Position numbers and translations under genes: made by a program
The notes under the pieces: generated by a model
Told to the model about the DNA's origin: nothing
Seen by the model: only the letters and a program-made list of their open reading frames with translations
The model's database searches: none
Assembly (NCBI GenBank): GCA_963808625.1
Contig: CAWEHK010000044.1
Span: 31,939-95,938 of the forward strand
Reading direction: 5' to 3'
Origin: an uncultured delta proteobacterium
Lineage (GTDB): Bacteria > Desulfobacterota > Syntrophobacteria > Syntrophobacterales > Syntrophobacteraceae
Length of the DNA: 64,000 nt
Shown: piece after piece, positions 8,681 to 19,420 of the stretch
How the letters are laid out: each line of letters begins with the position of its first letter
Numbering within the stretch: position 1 is the first letter of the stretch

Positions 8681-9658
8681 ATGCCGACCATGACATTTGC
8701 CCAGGCTTTGAATGATGCCCATCGAATCGAGATGCTGCGAGACCCCAACGTCTATATCGCAGGAGAGGACGTGGGCACCTATGGTGGAATATTTGGCGTA
8801 ACGGCAGGACTGATCGACCAGTTCGGCACGAAAAGAGTGCGCGATACGCCCATTACCGAAAGCGCCATCATCGGAACGGCGGTCGGCGCTGCATCGTGCG
8901 GGCTGCGGCCGGTGGTCGAGTTGATGTTCGTTGACTTTATCGGGGTGGCCATGGATCAGCTTTTCAACCAGGCTGCCAAGATGAAGTACATGTTCGGCGG
9001 CAAGGCAAAAATCCCCATGGTTCTGAGAGCCACGTGCGGGGCGGGAATCGGCGCTGCCGCTCAGCATTCCCAGTGTCTCGAAGCTTGGTTCATGCACGTC
9101 CCCGGCCTCAAGGTGGTGATGCCGAGCACCCCCTACGACGCCAAAGGGCTGCTCATTGCCTCCATTCGGGACAACAACCCGGTGGTTTTCCTCGAACACA
9201 AGATGCTTTATGCAAGAGAAGGCGAAGTTCCCGAGGGGGAATACACCGTGCCCCTGGGTAAGGCCGATATCAAGCGCGAAGGCAAAGACGTTACCGTGGT
9301 CGCCACTGCCCAGATGGTGCATGTCGCCCTGGGTGCCGCGGAGAAGCTGGCTGCCGAAGGGGTCAGTGTCGAAGTGGTAGACCCTCGCACCCTGTCGCCC
9401 CTGGATGAAGAGACCATTCTGAACTCGGTGCGGAAGACCCATCGCCTGGTGATCGTGACCGAGGAAGTGAAGTTTGCCGGCTCGAGTGCCGAGATTGCCG
9501 CCATTGTTTCGGAAAAGGCATTCGATCGCCTGGATGCTCCCATCCTCCGCGTCGCGGCGCCGTTTGTGCCGGTGCCGTTCTCCCCGGTTCTGGAAAAGGA
9601 GTACGTCCCCAGCGAAGAGAAGGTCATTCAGGCAATCAAAACGGTGATGGAATCGTAG
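8681..9658 (+). CDS. acoB: acetoin dehydrogenase E1 beta
   Basis: GEDVG, DTPITE, AAQHSQ, FLEHK, PVPFSP motifs. Confidence 0.92.
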   Translation: MPTMTFAQALNDAHRIEMLRDPNVYIAGEDVGTYGGIFGVTAGLIDQFGTKRVRDTPITESAIIGTAVGAASCGLRPVVELMFVDFIGVAMDQLFNQAAKMKYMFGGKAKIPMVLRATCGAGIGAAAQHSQCLEAWFMHVPGLKVVMPSTPYDAKGLLIASIRDNNPVVFLEHKMLYAREGEVPEGEYTVPLGKADIKREGKDVTVVATAQMVHVALGAAEKLAAEGVSVEVVDPRTLSPLDEETILNSVRKTHRLVIVTEEVKFAGSSAEIAAIVSEKAFDRLDAPILRVAAPFVPVPFSPVLEKEYVPSEEKVIQAIKTVMES

Positions 9659-9681
9659 ACAGCAAAGAAAGGGGGAAGCTT

Positions 9682-10686
9682 TTGTCACTCGTGGGAATCG
9701 TTGCCAATCCGGCGTCCGGCAAGGATATTCGGAGACTGGTGGCTTACGGCAGCTCCTTTGATAATCAGGAAAAGGTGCGGATTGTGCGCCGTGTCCTCCT
9801 GGGCCTGCAGGCTGTGGGTGTGGACCGTATCTGCTACATGCCCGACTACTACGGAATCGTGCCGAGAGCTCTGGACAGCTTGAAGATTGATATCCCCATT
9901 CACCCGTTGGATTTCGACACGAAAGCGGACCAGCGAGACTCAACCGAAGCGGCGCGAATTATGGAGAAAGAGGGCGCAACCTGTATCGTCACTCTCGGGG
10001 GGGATGGGACCAATCGTGTCGTGGCCAAAGGGACAACAAGGGTCCCCATCCTGCCGATTTCCACGGGAACCAACAATGTTTTCCCCTTTATGGTCGAAGC
10101 CACGGTAGCGGGACTGGCCGCCGGTCTGGTTGCCACAGGGGCGGTGCCGTTGGCGGAAAGCACCTTTCTCTCCACCAGGCTGAATGTCAAGGTGGACGGA
10201 GAGGTTGTAGACCTGGCCCTGGTCGATGTGGCCGTTTGCAGCGACCTGTTTGTGGCATCGAGAGCGGTGTGGGACCTCCGGAAGGTGAATCAGATCTTCC
10301 TGAATCGCGCCGAACCGGACTCCATCGGCCTCTCTTCCATCGGGGGGCTGCTGCACCCGGTGACGGCGGAAGAACCGTACGGCCTGTGCCTCGATCTTGG
10401 GGGCCGCGGACGCTCCGTCAAAGCGCCGGTGGCCCCGGGAATTATTGAACGAGTCTTTGTCAAGGACACGCGCATCATGCGTGTGGGCGAGGAAGTGGAG
10501 ATCCGCAGCGTACCCTCAGTCCTGGCCCTGGACGGTGAACGGGAAGTGGAGGTGCGGCGGGGGCATCACGCTGCCATCCACCTCTCTGAGGAAGGTCCCG
10601 TGGTGGTGGATGTGAAGCGGACCATGAACAGTGCCATGAAGAGGAGGATTCTGGTTCCGGCACTGGACGATGAAGGAACCGCCTGA
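9682..10686 (+). CDS. acoX: acetoin catabolism protein X (ATP-NAD kinase family)
   Basis: ANPASGKDIRRLVA, LGGDGT.R, STGTNNVFP, ALDGERE. Confidence 0.88.
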   Translation: MSLVGIVANPASGKDIRRLVAYGSSFDNQEKVRIVRRVLLGLQAVGVDRICYMPDYYGIVPRALDSLKIDIPIHPLDFDTKADQRDSTEAARIMEKEGATCIVTLGGDGTNRVVAKGTTRVPILPISTGTNNVFPFMVEATVAGLAAGLVATGAVPLAESTFLSTRLNVKVDGEVVDLALVDVAVCSDLFVASRAVWDLRKVNQIFLNRAEPDSIGLSSIGGLLHPVTAEEPYGLCLDLGGRGRSVKAPVAPGIIERVFVKDTRIMRVGEEVEIRSVPSVLALDGEREVEVRRGHHAAIHLSEEGPVVVDVKRTMNSAMKRRILVPALDDEGTA

Positions 10687-10832
10687 ATTTATAGCACTTG
10701 GCAATGAGTTATCGTCGAAGATGGGGAGACCGACGCGGTTTCAGAAACCGCGTCGGTCTGGATGTCACGGACAGACATTCTTTGTCGAGGCCTGTCCCCT
10801 GCTCCCCCTTGCGCAGAAGAGAGGAGGAATAA

Positions 10833-11891
10833 GTGAAAGCAGCAGTTTGGTACGGCAAGAAGGATGTGCGCGTGGAAAACGTGCCCGAACCTCCGGCGCC
10901 AGGTCCCAAAGAGGTCAAAATAAAGGTGCACTGGTGTGGAATTTGCGGGTCTGACCTGCATGAGTACGATGCCGGGCCTATCTTCATCCCCGCCAACGCG
11001 CCTCATCCTCTGACAGGGGCGCAGGCGCCCCTGATTCTGGGGCATGAGTTTTCGGGGGAAGTGGTGCAAACGGGCAGCGCCGTTGATAACGTTCAGGTTG
11101 GTGACCGAGTCACCGCCGATGCCTGTCAGTACTGCGGGGAATGCTACATGTGCAAGCAGAACCGTTACAGTCTCTGCAGCACCCTGGCCTTCACGGGTCT
11201 CATGGCCAACGGCGCTTTCGCGGAGTACGTGAATGTTCCTGCCTACACCCTTTTCAAGATTCCACCCGAGATGCCCTTTGATGCGGCCGCGTTCGTGGAA
11301 CCGGTCGCCGTCGGCGTGCATGCCATCCGAAGAGGTCATGTCCTGCAGGGCGACACGGTTGCCATCGTCGGCGCGGGAACCATCGGTCTGGTCACCCTGC
11401 AATCAGCTAAGGCAGCGGGGGCGAGGAAAGTCATCGTCCTCGAAATGGCCAAGGCCCGGAAGGAGTATGCCACCAAGCTCGGTGCTACGGCCGTCATCGA
11501 CCCCACGGAAACCGATCCCATCGCCGATGTTCGTCGCTTGACCGGCGGGCTTGGTGTCGATGTGGCATTTGAGTGCGTCGGAGGCAGCAAGACGGGCGCC
11601 CTTGCCGTCGACTTGACCCGGATTGGAGGAAGGACCGTGCTGGTTGGGATCTTCGAAAAGCCCAGCGAGATCCATTTCAACAACCTGGTCTTCTTTGAGA
11701 AGGAAATCCTGGGTTCGCTCGCCTACTACGGCGAGTTCGCCACAGCCATCGCCCTCATGGCGGATGGGAGGATCATTGCTGAACCATTGATCACGGCACG
11801 AATCAAGCTGGATGACATTGTGGAAAATGGTTTCAAGGAACTGCTGGCGAACCGGGAAAAACACATCAAGATCCTGGTATCGCCGCAGTAG
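10833..11891 (+). CDS. bdh: Zn-dependent 2,3-butanediol dehydrogenase (acetoin reductase)
   Basis: CGICGSDLHEY..GPIFIP, GHEFSG, structural Zn cysteines, GAGTIG, KILVSP. Confidence 0.88.
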   Translation: MKAAVWYGKKDVRVENVPEPPAPGPKEVKIKVHWCGICGSDLHEYDAGPIFIPANAPHPLTGAQAPLILGHEFSGEVVQTGSAVDNVQVGDRVTADACQYCGECYMCKQNRYSLCSTLAFTGLMANGAFAEYVNVPAYTLFKIPPEMPFDAAAFVEPVAVGVHAIRRGHVLQGDTVAIVGAGTIGLVTLQSAKAAGARKVIVLEMAKARKEYATKLGATAVIDPTETDPIADVRRLTGGLGVDVAFECVGGSKTGALAVDLTRIGGRTVLVGIFEKPSEIHFNNLVFFEKEILGSLAYYGEFATAIALMADGRIIAEPLITARIKLDDIVENGFKELLANREKHIKILVSPQ

Positions 11892-12022
11892 GATGGACCA
11901 CCTGTGGGGAGCGGCTGTGTCTAGCATCCTTCTCCCCAATGTTAAGAGCAAGGCACTAGACTATGATCCGTGATTGAACCCGGTTCGTCATTCCTGCGTG
12001 CTTTCCTATGAAAGTCCACGAT

Positions 12023-12206
12023 GTCATACCGGCGAAGGCCGGTATCCAGGCCGGGTTCCTGGATTCCGGCTAAAAGCATGCCGGAATGACGAGGGAGTGC
12101 TCCGGAAGACTTTCATTGTTCGTTGTGACCTCCCGGTCATGGCGGTTGGCGGGAATCCAGGCTGCGCGAATTTTCTGGATTCCCGCCAAGGACATGCGGG
12201 AATGAC
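12023..12206. repeat. two RPE/REP-like hairpins
   Basis: GTCATACCGGCGAAGGCCGG..CCGGAATGAC and GTCATGGCGG..GCGGGAATGAC. Confidence 0.6.
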
Positions 12207-12302
12207 GAACGGAATCTTTGGCCGAACGATTATTTCTTGCCATGCACCTTAAAAGCTATGGGCACTGAGGCCGCATGAGTCCCACAACATCCTGAAATAT
12301 CT

Positions 12303-14164
12303 ATGATAAATAAGCCAAACATTTCTCATGGTTGTCAGCTTCGATGTCTGACGATCATTGTCCTCTTAATCGCATCCACTCTGCCCCTGCGGTCTCACGC
12401 CGAGGCCGCATGGTTCCTTGATGCCGATCGTTTCCATGCCTCGGTGCATGGGCAGGTCTCGTGCACCGAGTGTCACGGTGCCGTCTCCAAAGAGGTGCCG
12501 CATCCTGATCCTGCCGCAGTTAACAGGGCTTTGAACGATTTTTTCCGGCCTGATCAATGCACGGGCTGCCATGGCGAGGTGTTTGCGAAATTGGACTCGG
12601 GACTGCATGCCGGCAAACCGATCAAAGACCTTGTTGGATATCGGGTATGTATCAGTTGCCATGATCCGCACTATCAACTGAGTGCGACCAATCTTCCGCC
12701 TGGCTTTGACCCGTCAAAGCCGGTCAGCGGGCAGTGCGGTGCCTGCCACGCAATGCAAACGGCACTCCCCCCTCTATCCTTACAAGACGAGGAGTGCATG
12801 GCCTGCCATCGCTCCGTTGCCGTGAATGATCATGATCAAGCCACTAAGATTGCAGCCTTTTGCTTTTCCTGTCATGGGGCCGACAAGAGTAAAGAAGGAC
12901 GCTGATTCTTCGGCTTTTGCGAGCATCGATGTGCAGGCGTATGGCGCATCCACCCATCACAAACTATCGTGTCTCGACTGTCACCCGAAGTCCGCCGAGT
13001 TCGGGCATGCCGGGCAGGAGGTGACGGCCTGCCTGCACTGCCACCACCGGCATGATGAGAAGGTTGCTCATGACGCGCATCTGGATGTCCGTTGCGAAGC
13101 TTGCCACCTTGCCGGGATCATTCCGGTGAAACCAGCCGAGGTCACCCAAATTCGCTGGCGGGTTGACCGTAAGCCGGGTGCCGCGAGTGACCTCCATAAC
13201 ATGACTCTCAAACCCGGTGAAAGCTCATGCGAACGGTGCCACTACCGGGGGAATGCGTTGGGCGCCTCGGCCATGGTGCTCCCTGCCAAGAGCATTCTGT
13301 GCATGCCCTGCCATGCTGCCACGTTTTCTGTTGGCGATACGACAACTATCATTTCGCTGTGCCTGTTCCTGGCAGGTATGGCAGGGCTCGGCGTTGTCTG
13401 GTTCTCCGGAGGTCGTTCAAACGGGGAAACCGCAACCTTTGAGACCGAAACCCACAAAAGCGTCGACAGCCTGCCACGGGACGGTTTACCTGTCCAGAAT
13501 GCTCCGTCTGCTCAAGGTCCTGGCCCTCGACGTTTTCCTGCAACGGAGGCTTTTCCGGCAGTCGCGGACGCGATGGTTCATCCATGGTCTGATCTTCTTC
13601 CCGATTATTTTTCGATTCCTGTGGGGGATTACCGCCCTGCTGACGTCGCTATGGGCGCCGGAATCGTCCCTTCCCTGGGTTCTGCTCGACCGGAACTATC
13701 CGCTCGGGGCATTCCTCTTCGATGCCAGCGGCTTGCTCATCCTCCTTGGAGTCATCTTCACCATAGTTAGAAAAGTCACGGGGCAGACTCAAGCCATCAG
13801 CGGTCTGCCGAAACAGGATTGGCCGGCGCTCTGTCTCCTCGGCGGCATTGTGGTGATCGGCTTTGTGCTCGAGGGGATGCGTATTGCCATGACGGGAGTC
13901 CCCGCCGGGTCGGAATACGCCTTCCTGGGATTTGCGCTCAGTCGCTTATTTGTGAATGCTGCGGTGCTGTCGAACGTTTACGGCTATGTCTGGTATCTGC
14001 ACGCGATCGTGACCGGCGCCCTGGTGGCCTATCTGCCTTTCAGCAATTTGCTCCACATGATCATCGCACCGGTTATCATGGCCTTGAACGCCATGTCCGA
14101 ACCCCGTGGACATCAGGCCAAAAGTTCGATTCACCCTCAACTTACGCAACGCGTCTCACAGTGA
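12303..14164 (+). CDS. multihaem cytochrome c (11 CxxCH) fused to a NarI/HdrE/DsrM-like cytochrome b domain; two frameshifts (~12900, ~13470)
   Basis: Signal peptide, 6 CxxCH in ORF 12303-12905 and 5 in ORF 12826-13770, then TM helices with His in WFIHGLIF, YLHAIV and LLHMII. Confidence 0.8.
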
Positions 14165-14178
14165 ACAAGGAGCACATC

Positions 14179-14601
14179 ATGTCCAAGGTTACCATGAACA
14201 CCATCATCAATGCTTCGGCAGACGAAGTGTGGAAGCTTCTTCGTGACTTCAACGGACTCCCCAGATTCATCGCGGCGATAAAAGCGAGCACCATGGAGGG
14301 GGCGGGCGTGGGGGCGGTGCGGACGCTCATCGTCGATGGCGGCGGACCTCCCATTGTGGAAAGACTCGAACGCCTGGACGACAAGGCGCGGACGTTGAGC
14401 TATTCCATCGTCACGTCGCCGCTCCCCGTCGAGGGCTACTTTGCGACCGTCGAAGTAAAGGATGCGGGAGCCGGGCGGTGCGAGTTGACATGGTCTTCAA
14501 CTTTTCAGCCGAAAGATGCTCCAGAATCGGTGGCGGTCCAGACCATCGAGGGGGTGTACGCAGGGGCGTTCGAGGGACTGAAAACACTGTTCAAGGAGTA
14601 A
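14179..14601 (+). CDS. SRPBCC/MxaD-like (polyketide cyclase 2) protein
   Basis: INASADEVWKLLRDFNGLP, GVGAVRTL, ERLE.LD, LSYSI. Confidence 0.8.
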   Translation: MSKVTMNTIINASADEVWKLLRDFNGLPRFIAAIKASTMEGAGVGAVRTLIVDGGGPPIVERLERLDDKARTLSYSIVTSPLPVEGYFATVEVKDAGAGRCELTWSSTFQPKDAPESVAVQTIEGVYAGAFEGLKTLFKE

Positions 14602-14606
14602 AATCC

Positions 14607-15029
14607 ATGGAGATCCAGGGATATAATATGCCCGATGACCTCTATTACGAGGAACATCATTACTGGGTAAAGGTGGAAGGCGACCTTCTGGTCATGGGCA
14701 TGGATGATTTTGCCCAGCAGCTTGCAGGGCAGATTGTATACGTGCAGCTTCCCTTCGAGGGGAAAACGCTCCAGGCTGGGAAGAAGTTCGCCAAGGTGGA
14801 ATCCGGGAAATGGCTCGGGACCGTGTATGCCCCGGTGGATGGTGCCATCGAATCCTCGAACGAGGCACTCGAGGCCGATCCCACTCTGATCAACCAGGAC
14901 TGCTACGGGAAGGGGTGGATGTTCAAAATCCGCCCGAAGGACATGACCCAGGTCCAAAGCCTGATATCCGGGCGGGCGGCCGTGGAATCGTGGCTCCTGG
15001 CGGACATCAAGAAGTACAAGCAGGAATAG
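14607..15029 (+). CDS. GcvH-like lipoyl carrier (LbpA type)
   Basis: PDDLYY..HHYWV, GMDDFAQ, lipoyl-Lys in ESGKW, APVDG, N.DCYGKGW. No gcvP/gcvT in the window. Confidence 0.85.
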   Translation: MEIQGYNMPDDLYYEEHHYWVKVEGDLLVMGMDDFAQQLAGQIVYVQLPFEGKTLQAGKKFAKVESGKWLGTVYAPVDGAIESSNEALEADPTLINQDCYGKGWMFKIRPKDMTQVQSLISGRAAVESWLLADIKKYKQE

Positions 15030-15030
15030 C

Positions 15031-16219
15031 GTGAGCCGTCGCGACTACCGTATCAGACAGGTCCTGGAGATGGATGCCTGCACCCAGTGCCGGCTTTGCG
15101 CCGAGGTGTGCCCTGCGGTTTCTGCGTCGAAGGATGGGATGCTTTCGGCGCTATACCGCATGAAGGGCCTGAAGGAGATTCTTAAGAGCCGCATTGGGCT
15201 CTACCGCTGGCTCTTCGGCACGAAGGGTCCTTCCGAGGAACAGCGGAAACATTACAGCAGCACCGTTTTCCGGTGCACTCTCTGCGCCGGTTGCCAGGAA
15301 GTCTGTCCCGTCGGCATCGGCCTGAAGGACCTGTGGCTTTCCCTTCGCCAGGACCTGGTTCATTCCGGAAATTATCCGAAGAAGATCGAGATGATCCGGG
15401 ACAACTTGAAGGAAAGCCACAACGTCTTTGCCGAAGCCAACGAGGAGCGGGCCGACTGGGTCGGCGATATGCGCGACGCCCCGGAACACGGCTACGTCAA
15501 GGAGCGGGCGGAAGTTGTCTATTTCACGGGTTGCGTGGCGGCCTATTTCCCACTGGCCCAAAAGATTCCCATGGCGCTGGCGGAAATTCTGGATGCCGCC
15601 GGAGTGGATTTCACGCTGCTGGGCGAGGATGAGTGGTGTTGCGGTTTTCCGCTGCTGGGGGCCGGCCTCAGGGAAATGCTCCAGGAGTTCATGAACCACA
15701 ACGTCGAGGCCGTGCGTCGGAAGGGCGCCGGCCGAATCGTCTTCGCCTGCCCGTCCTGTTACCAGATTTGGCGGGAACATTATCCCCGCGAGTTTGAACT
15801 CGCCCATGCATCCGAGCTCCTGGCGCAACTGATCAGGCAACGACAAATTCCGCTCAAGGATCTGCCGCTGACGGTCACCTATCATGATCCATGCGATTTG
15901 GGGCGCGGGGGCAGGGTTTTTGAGGAGCCGCGGGAAGTGATCCGCGCGATCCCCGGCGTGAACCTGGTTGAGCTGCCGAAAAACCGGGAGAACTGCCAGT
16001 GCTGCGGCGGAGGCGGCAACCTGGAAATGGTCGACGCGGAGCTCTCCGCCGCGATCGCCGGCCGGAAGATTGAAGAAGTGACTAGGCACTGGCGCCCAGG
16101 CGGTCGTCACCACCTGCCAGCAGTGTGTGCGAACCATGACGACCTTTGCCAGGAGGAACAAGGTGCCCGTCGAGGTCATGGATCTTACTCAGCTCGTCCG
16201 GAAGGCACTGAAGCGATAG
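15031..16219 (+). CDS. HdrD/GlpC-like Fe-S oxidoreductase (2x[4Fe-4S] plus two CCG domains); frameshift near 16085
   Basis: CTQCRLCAEVCP, CTLCAGCQEVCP, YFTGC, WCCGF, ACPSC, YHDPCDLGR, CCGGGG, then TTCQQC in the shifted frame. Confidence 0.85.
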
Positions 16220-16242
16220 AGCGAGGCATTGGGAGTTGCAGG

Positions 16243-17806
16243 ATGGAGACCTGGCGGCTTTTGGATACACCACCCATGACGGCGGCGGAGAATATGGCGC
16301 TGGATGACGCCCTCGTGGAGCTCAAGGGGGGCGGCGCCACCCCGAACACCATCCACTTCCTGCAGTTTTATCCGCGAGCCGTGCTGGTCGGGTTTCATCA
16401 ATCGGTTAAGAAGAGGTGCGCACCGAATACTGCCGGGCTCATGGGATTCATGTCAACCGGCGCATCACGGGAGGGGGAGCGATCTTCTTCGATGAGAGCC
16501 AGCTCGGCTGGGAAGTCATCTGTGACAAGTCGTTCTTTGACATGGCACTCCCGACCGGAGGGCTTTTCAGGGCGCTCTGCGATCCCGTCGTCACGCGCGC
16601 TGGCGATCCTGGGTGTGGAATCCGCCTTTCGCCCCCGAAACGACATCGAAATCAACGGTCGCAAGATTTCCGGAACGGGCGGGACCGAGAGCGATGGTGC
16701 GTTTCTCTTCCAGGGTACGATGCTCACTGACTTCGACGTGGATACCATGCTGAAGAGCCTGAGAATACCCATCGAGAAACTCAAAGCAAAGGAAATCGAC
16801 TCGATCAGGGAACGGGTCACCTGCCTCAAATGGGAGCTGGGGGTTACGCCGCCGCTGGAAGACATCAAGCGAGCGATTCGGACGGGGTTTGAGCAACACC
16901 TGGGAATCAGGCTCGAACCGGGAGAGCTGACCGCTGCCGAGAGGCAGCTCTTTGAAGAGAAGCTGGAATATTATCAGTCCTCAGAGTGGATCGACCATGT
17001 GAAGCCCGAATTCGAGAAGGGCGAGGTCGTGCAGGCGGCGCACAAGACGGACGCCGGGCTCGTTCGCTTCACCCTGGTCGTCAATCTCCCTCGCAAGAGG
17101 CTGAAGGATGTCTATATCACGGGCGATTTCCTCTCTTTTCCCACGCGGGCGCTGTTCGACCTGGAAGCGAGGCTGAGGGGAGTTCCGCTCGACTACGGCC
17201 ACATCCGCCGTCTTGTCGTGCGATTTCTTTGAGGAAGGACGAATTATCGTCCCCGGCATGTCGTCCGAAGATTTCTGCAAACCCATCGACCAGGCCCTCC
17301 AGAAGGTCGCGATCGCGAACTGCGGCATTCCTCTCGAATACTGCAACCTGATTTCCGTAACCAATGGTTCGTTCGAAGGGGTCATGCGCAAAAAGCCGTC
17401 GGTACTGCTTCTACCCTATTGCGCCAAGCTGCCTGCCTGCGACCTGAGATATGGAAAGACCTGCCGGGCCTGCGGTGAATGTTCGGTCGGGGCCGCGTGG
17501 AGCATGGGCTGTGAACGAAGCATGCGAAACGTCTGTATCACCAGTTTCGAGGATCTCATGGCCGAGCTCGAGAAGTTGAAGGCGTCGGGAACCGAAGCCT
17601 TCATCGGCTGCTGCTGCCAACCCTTCTTCATCAAGCACATGGACGATTTTGCGCGAGCCGGGGTGCCCGGCATCCTCCTCGAGATCGACAACACCACCTG
17701 CTATGAACTGGACCAGGCAAAACAGGCCTATGCCGGGAGCTTCACCAGCCAGACGGAAGTGAATCTCGATTTGCTTCGCGCCGTGCTGGAGGCAGATCTG
17801 GCCTGA
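16243..17806 (+). CDS. lipoate-protein ligase (LplA catalytic plus accessory domain) fused to a Cys-rich DUF116 domain; frameshifts ~16410, ~16595, ~17225
   Basis: WRLLDTP..AAENMALD, NRRITGGGAIF, NDIEINGRKISGTG, ITGDF; C-terminal LLLPYCAK..C..C.C..GCCC. Confidence 0.82.
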
Positions 17807-17830
17807 GGGCATGGGAGTTTCCAATTTCTT

Positions 17831-18089
17831 ACCACGAAGACCACGAAGAGCACGAAGAGCACGAAGAGCACGAAGAGGATCACAAAAATTATTCAAACCG
17901 GTCAGGGTTGAGATCTTTCACTTTGCTGGCGTCACCGCTTCCTTGCTGGTGTCATGGCTTCTCTGCAGGGGCGCCTCTCCGGCGCGATTTTATCAAGGTC
18001 GCGGCAAAGTACCGCTCCTACAAGAAGCGGAGTCTAACCTTAACGAGTATATGCTCTTCTCTTCGTGTCCTTCGTGTTCTTCGTGGTGA
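17831..18089. repeat. inverted 9-nt repeat arms (CACGAAGAG)n/(CTTCGTGT)n interrupted by a GTAG-type element
   Basis: Arms at 17831-17878 and ~18056-18089; the insert matches 4747-4890 inverted. Confidence 0.65.
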
Positions 18090-18135
18090 GATATAGTTAT
18101 GAGGTCTTCTCGAAGGGCGGTAACTTAAAGAGATA

Positions 18136-19201
18136 ATGCAAACACGGACGTGCGATATTCTTGTTGTCGGGGCGGGTCCGGCCGGGACATCGGCCGCCCG
18201 GGAAGCTGCTGCACGAGGGGCCCGCGTGGTCGTGGTGGAGCGCCGGGCCGTGATCGGCGTGCCGGTTCGGTGTGCCGAGTACATTCCAGCGCCTCTTCTC
18301 GGTGAGGCGGGTGTCGGCCGCCATTTTGTCGTCCAGCCTGTACGAGGAATGAGGACCTTTTTGAATGGACGCCTTATCCAGGAAACCATTGCCCCGGGCT
18401 ACACCATCCGAAGGGAACTCTTCGATCAGGCCTTAGCGGGCGCGGCAAGCCTTGCAGGCGCTGCCATTCTGCTTTCAACCGCAGCCGTATCCAGAGATCA
18501 TGACGAAGTGCTCGTCAGACAGGGTAGGGGGCAGTTCTCAAGGATCAAAGCAAAGGTGATCATTGGCGCTGATGGTCCTCACTCCATAGTGGGGAGATGG
18601 ATCGGCTCGGTGAACAGGAATCTGATTCCGGCTGTTCAGGTGAGAGCGCCTCTGAGTCGCCCATGGACTTCACCGAGGTCTTTTTCGATGACCGGATCTA
18701 CGGTGGCTACGGATGGCTGTTTCCGAAAGGTGATGAAGCCAACGTCGGCCTGGGCATGAGGCATGGTGGCGGGAGTAATCAAAGAATCGGGAGAATGCTC
18801 GATGAACTCCTCTCTTTGCTGCGCAAACAGGGAAAAATCAAAGGCAAGCCGCGCGACATCCTGGCGGGATGGATCCCTGCCGAAGCCCCGCGGATGATAA
18901 CCCAGGCGAACGTTGTCCTGGTGGGCGATGCCGCCGGACATACGCATCCCATTACCGGCGCCGGGGTTCTGCAAGCCGTGGTCGGCGGCCGCATGGCAGG
19001 GAAATGGGCTGCACGTGCCGTTGAAGCAGAGGACATGAGCTTTTTGCAGGCATACGAATCCGGCATGGCGGGATTTCTATGGGGAGACACTGCAAAGGGG
19101 CTTTGATCGCCGCAAGTTGATGGAAGGGGAGTTGGAACCGGCTTGAGGAGATCATCAGATATTGTTGGGTGGCCTTCAGGGAGTACTATTGCCGGACTTG
19201 A
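18136..19201 (+). CDS. geranylgeranyl reductase-like FAD oxidoreductase (LipT-type); frameshifts ~18660 and near the 3' end
   Basis: VVGAGPAG, PVRCAE, IIGADG, GYGWLFPK, LVGDAAG.THPITGAG. Confidence 0.78.
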
Positions 19202-19420
19202 AGCGGGAAACGGGGCAGGCGAGAATGGCCATGTGATGCCAGTTGAATAGGTGAGACTCTGATTTTCCCTCCCGCAGCTTGCCCGAGCCGAGTCTTTATA
19301 GCAGGAGTCGTGGCATGATTGGACCCGTCACAAGGATACGGACAGGAAGGTGTGAGAAGGTTGCATAGAGAAGTCGGAACGATACAAAGACAATTGGTAG
19401 CCTACACGGAGGTAACAGCC

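Noticed and set aside
14607..15029. Glycine cleavage system
   Set aside because: No gcvP/gcvT in the window; the ESGKW motif and context fit a stand-alone LbpA-type carrier.
15031..17232. 733-aa ORF suggesting an HdrD-lipoate ligase fusion
   Set aside because: A frameshift near 16085 bypasses the true HdrD C-terminus (TTCQQC...KR*, 16219); the ligase has its own ATG at 16243.
17831..17880. Possible CRISPR array (also other short repeats)
   Set aside because: Units are 7-9 nt with no unique spacers and no cas genes.
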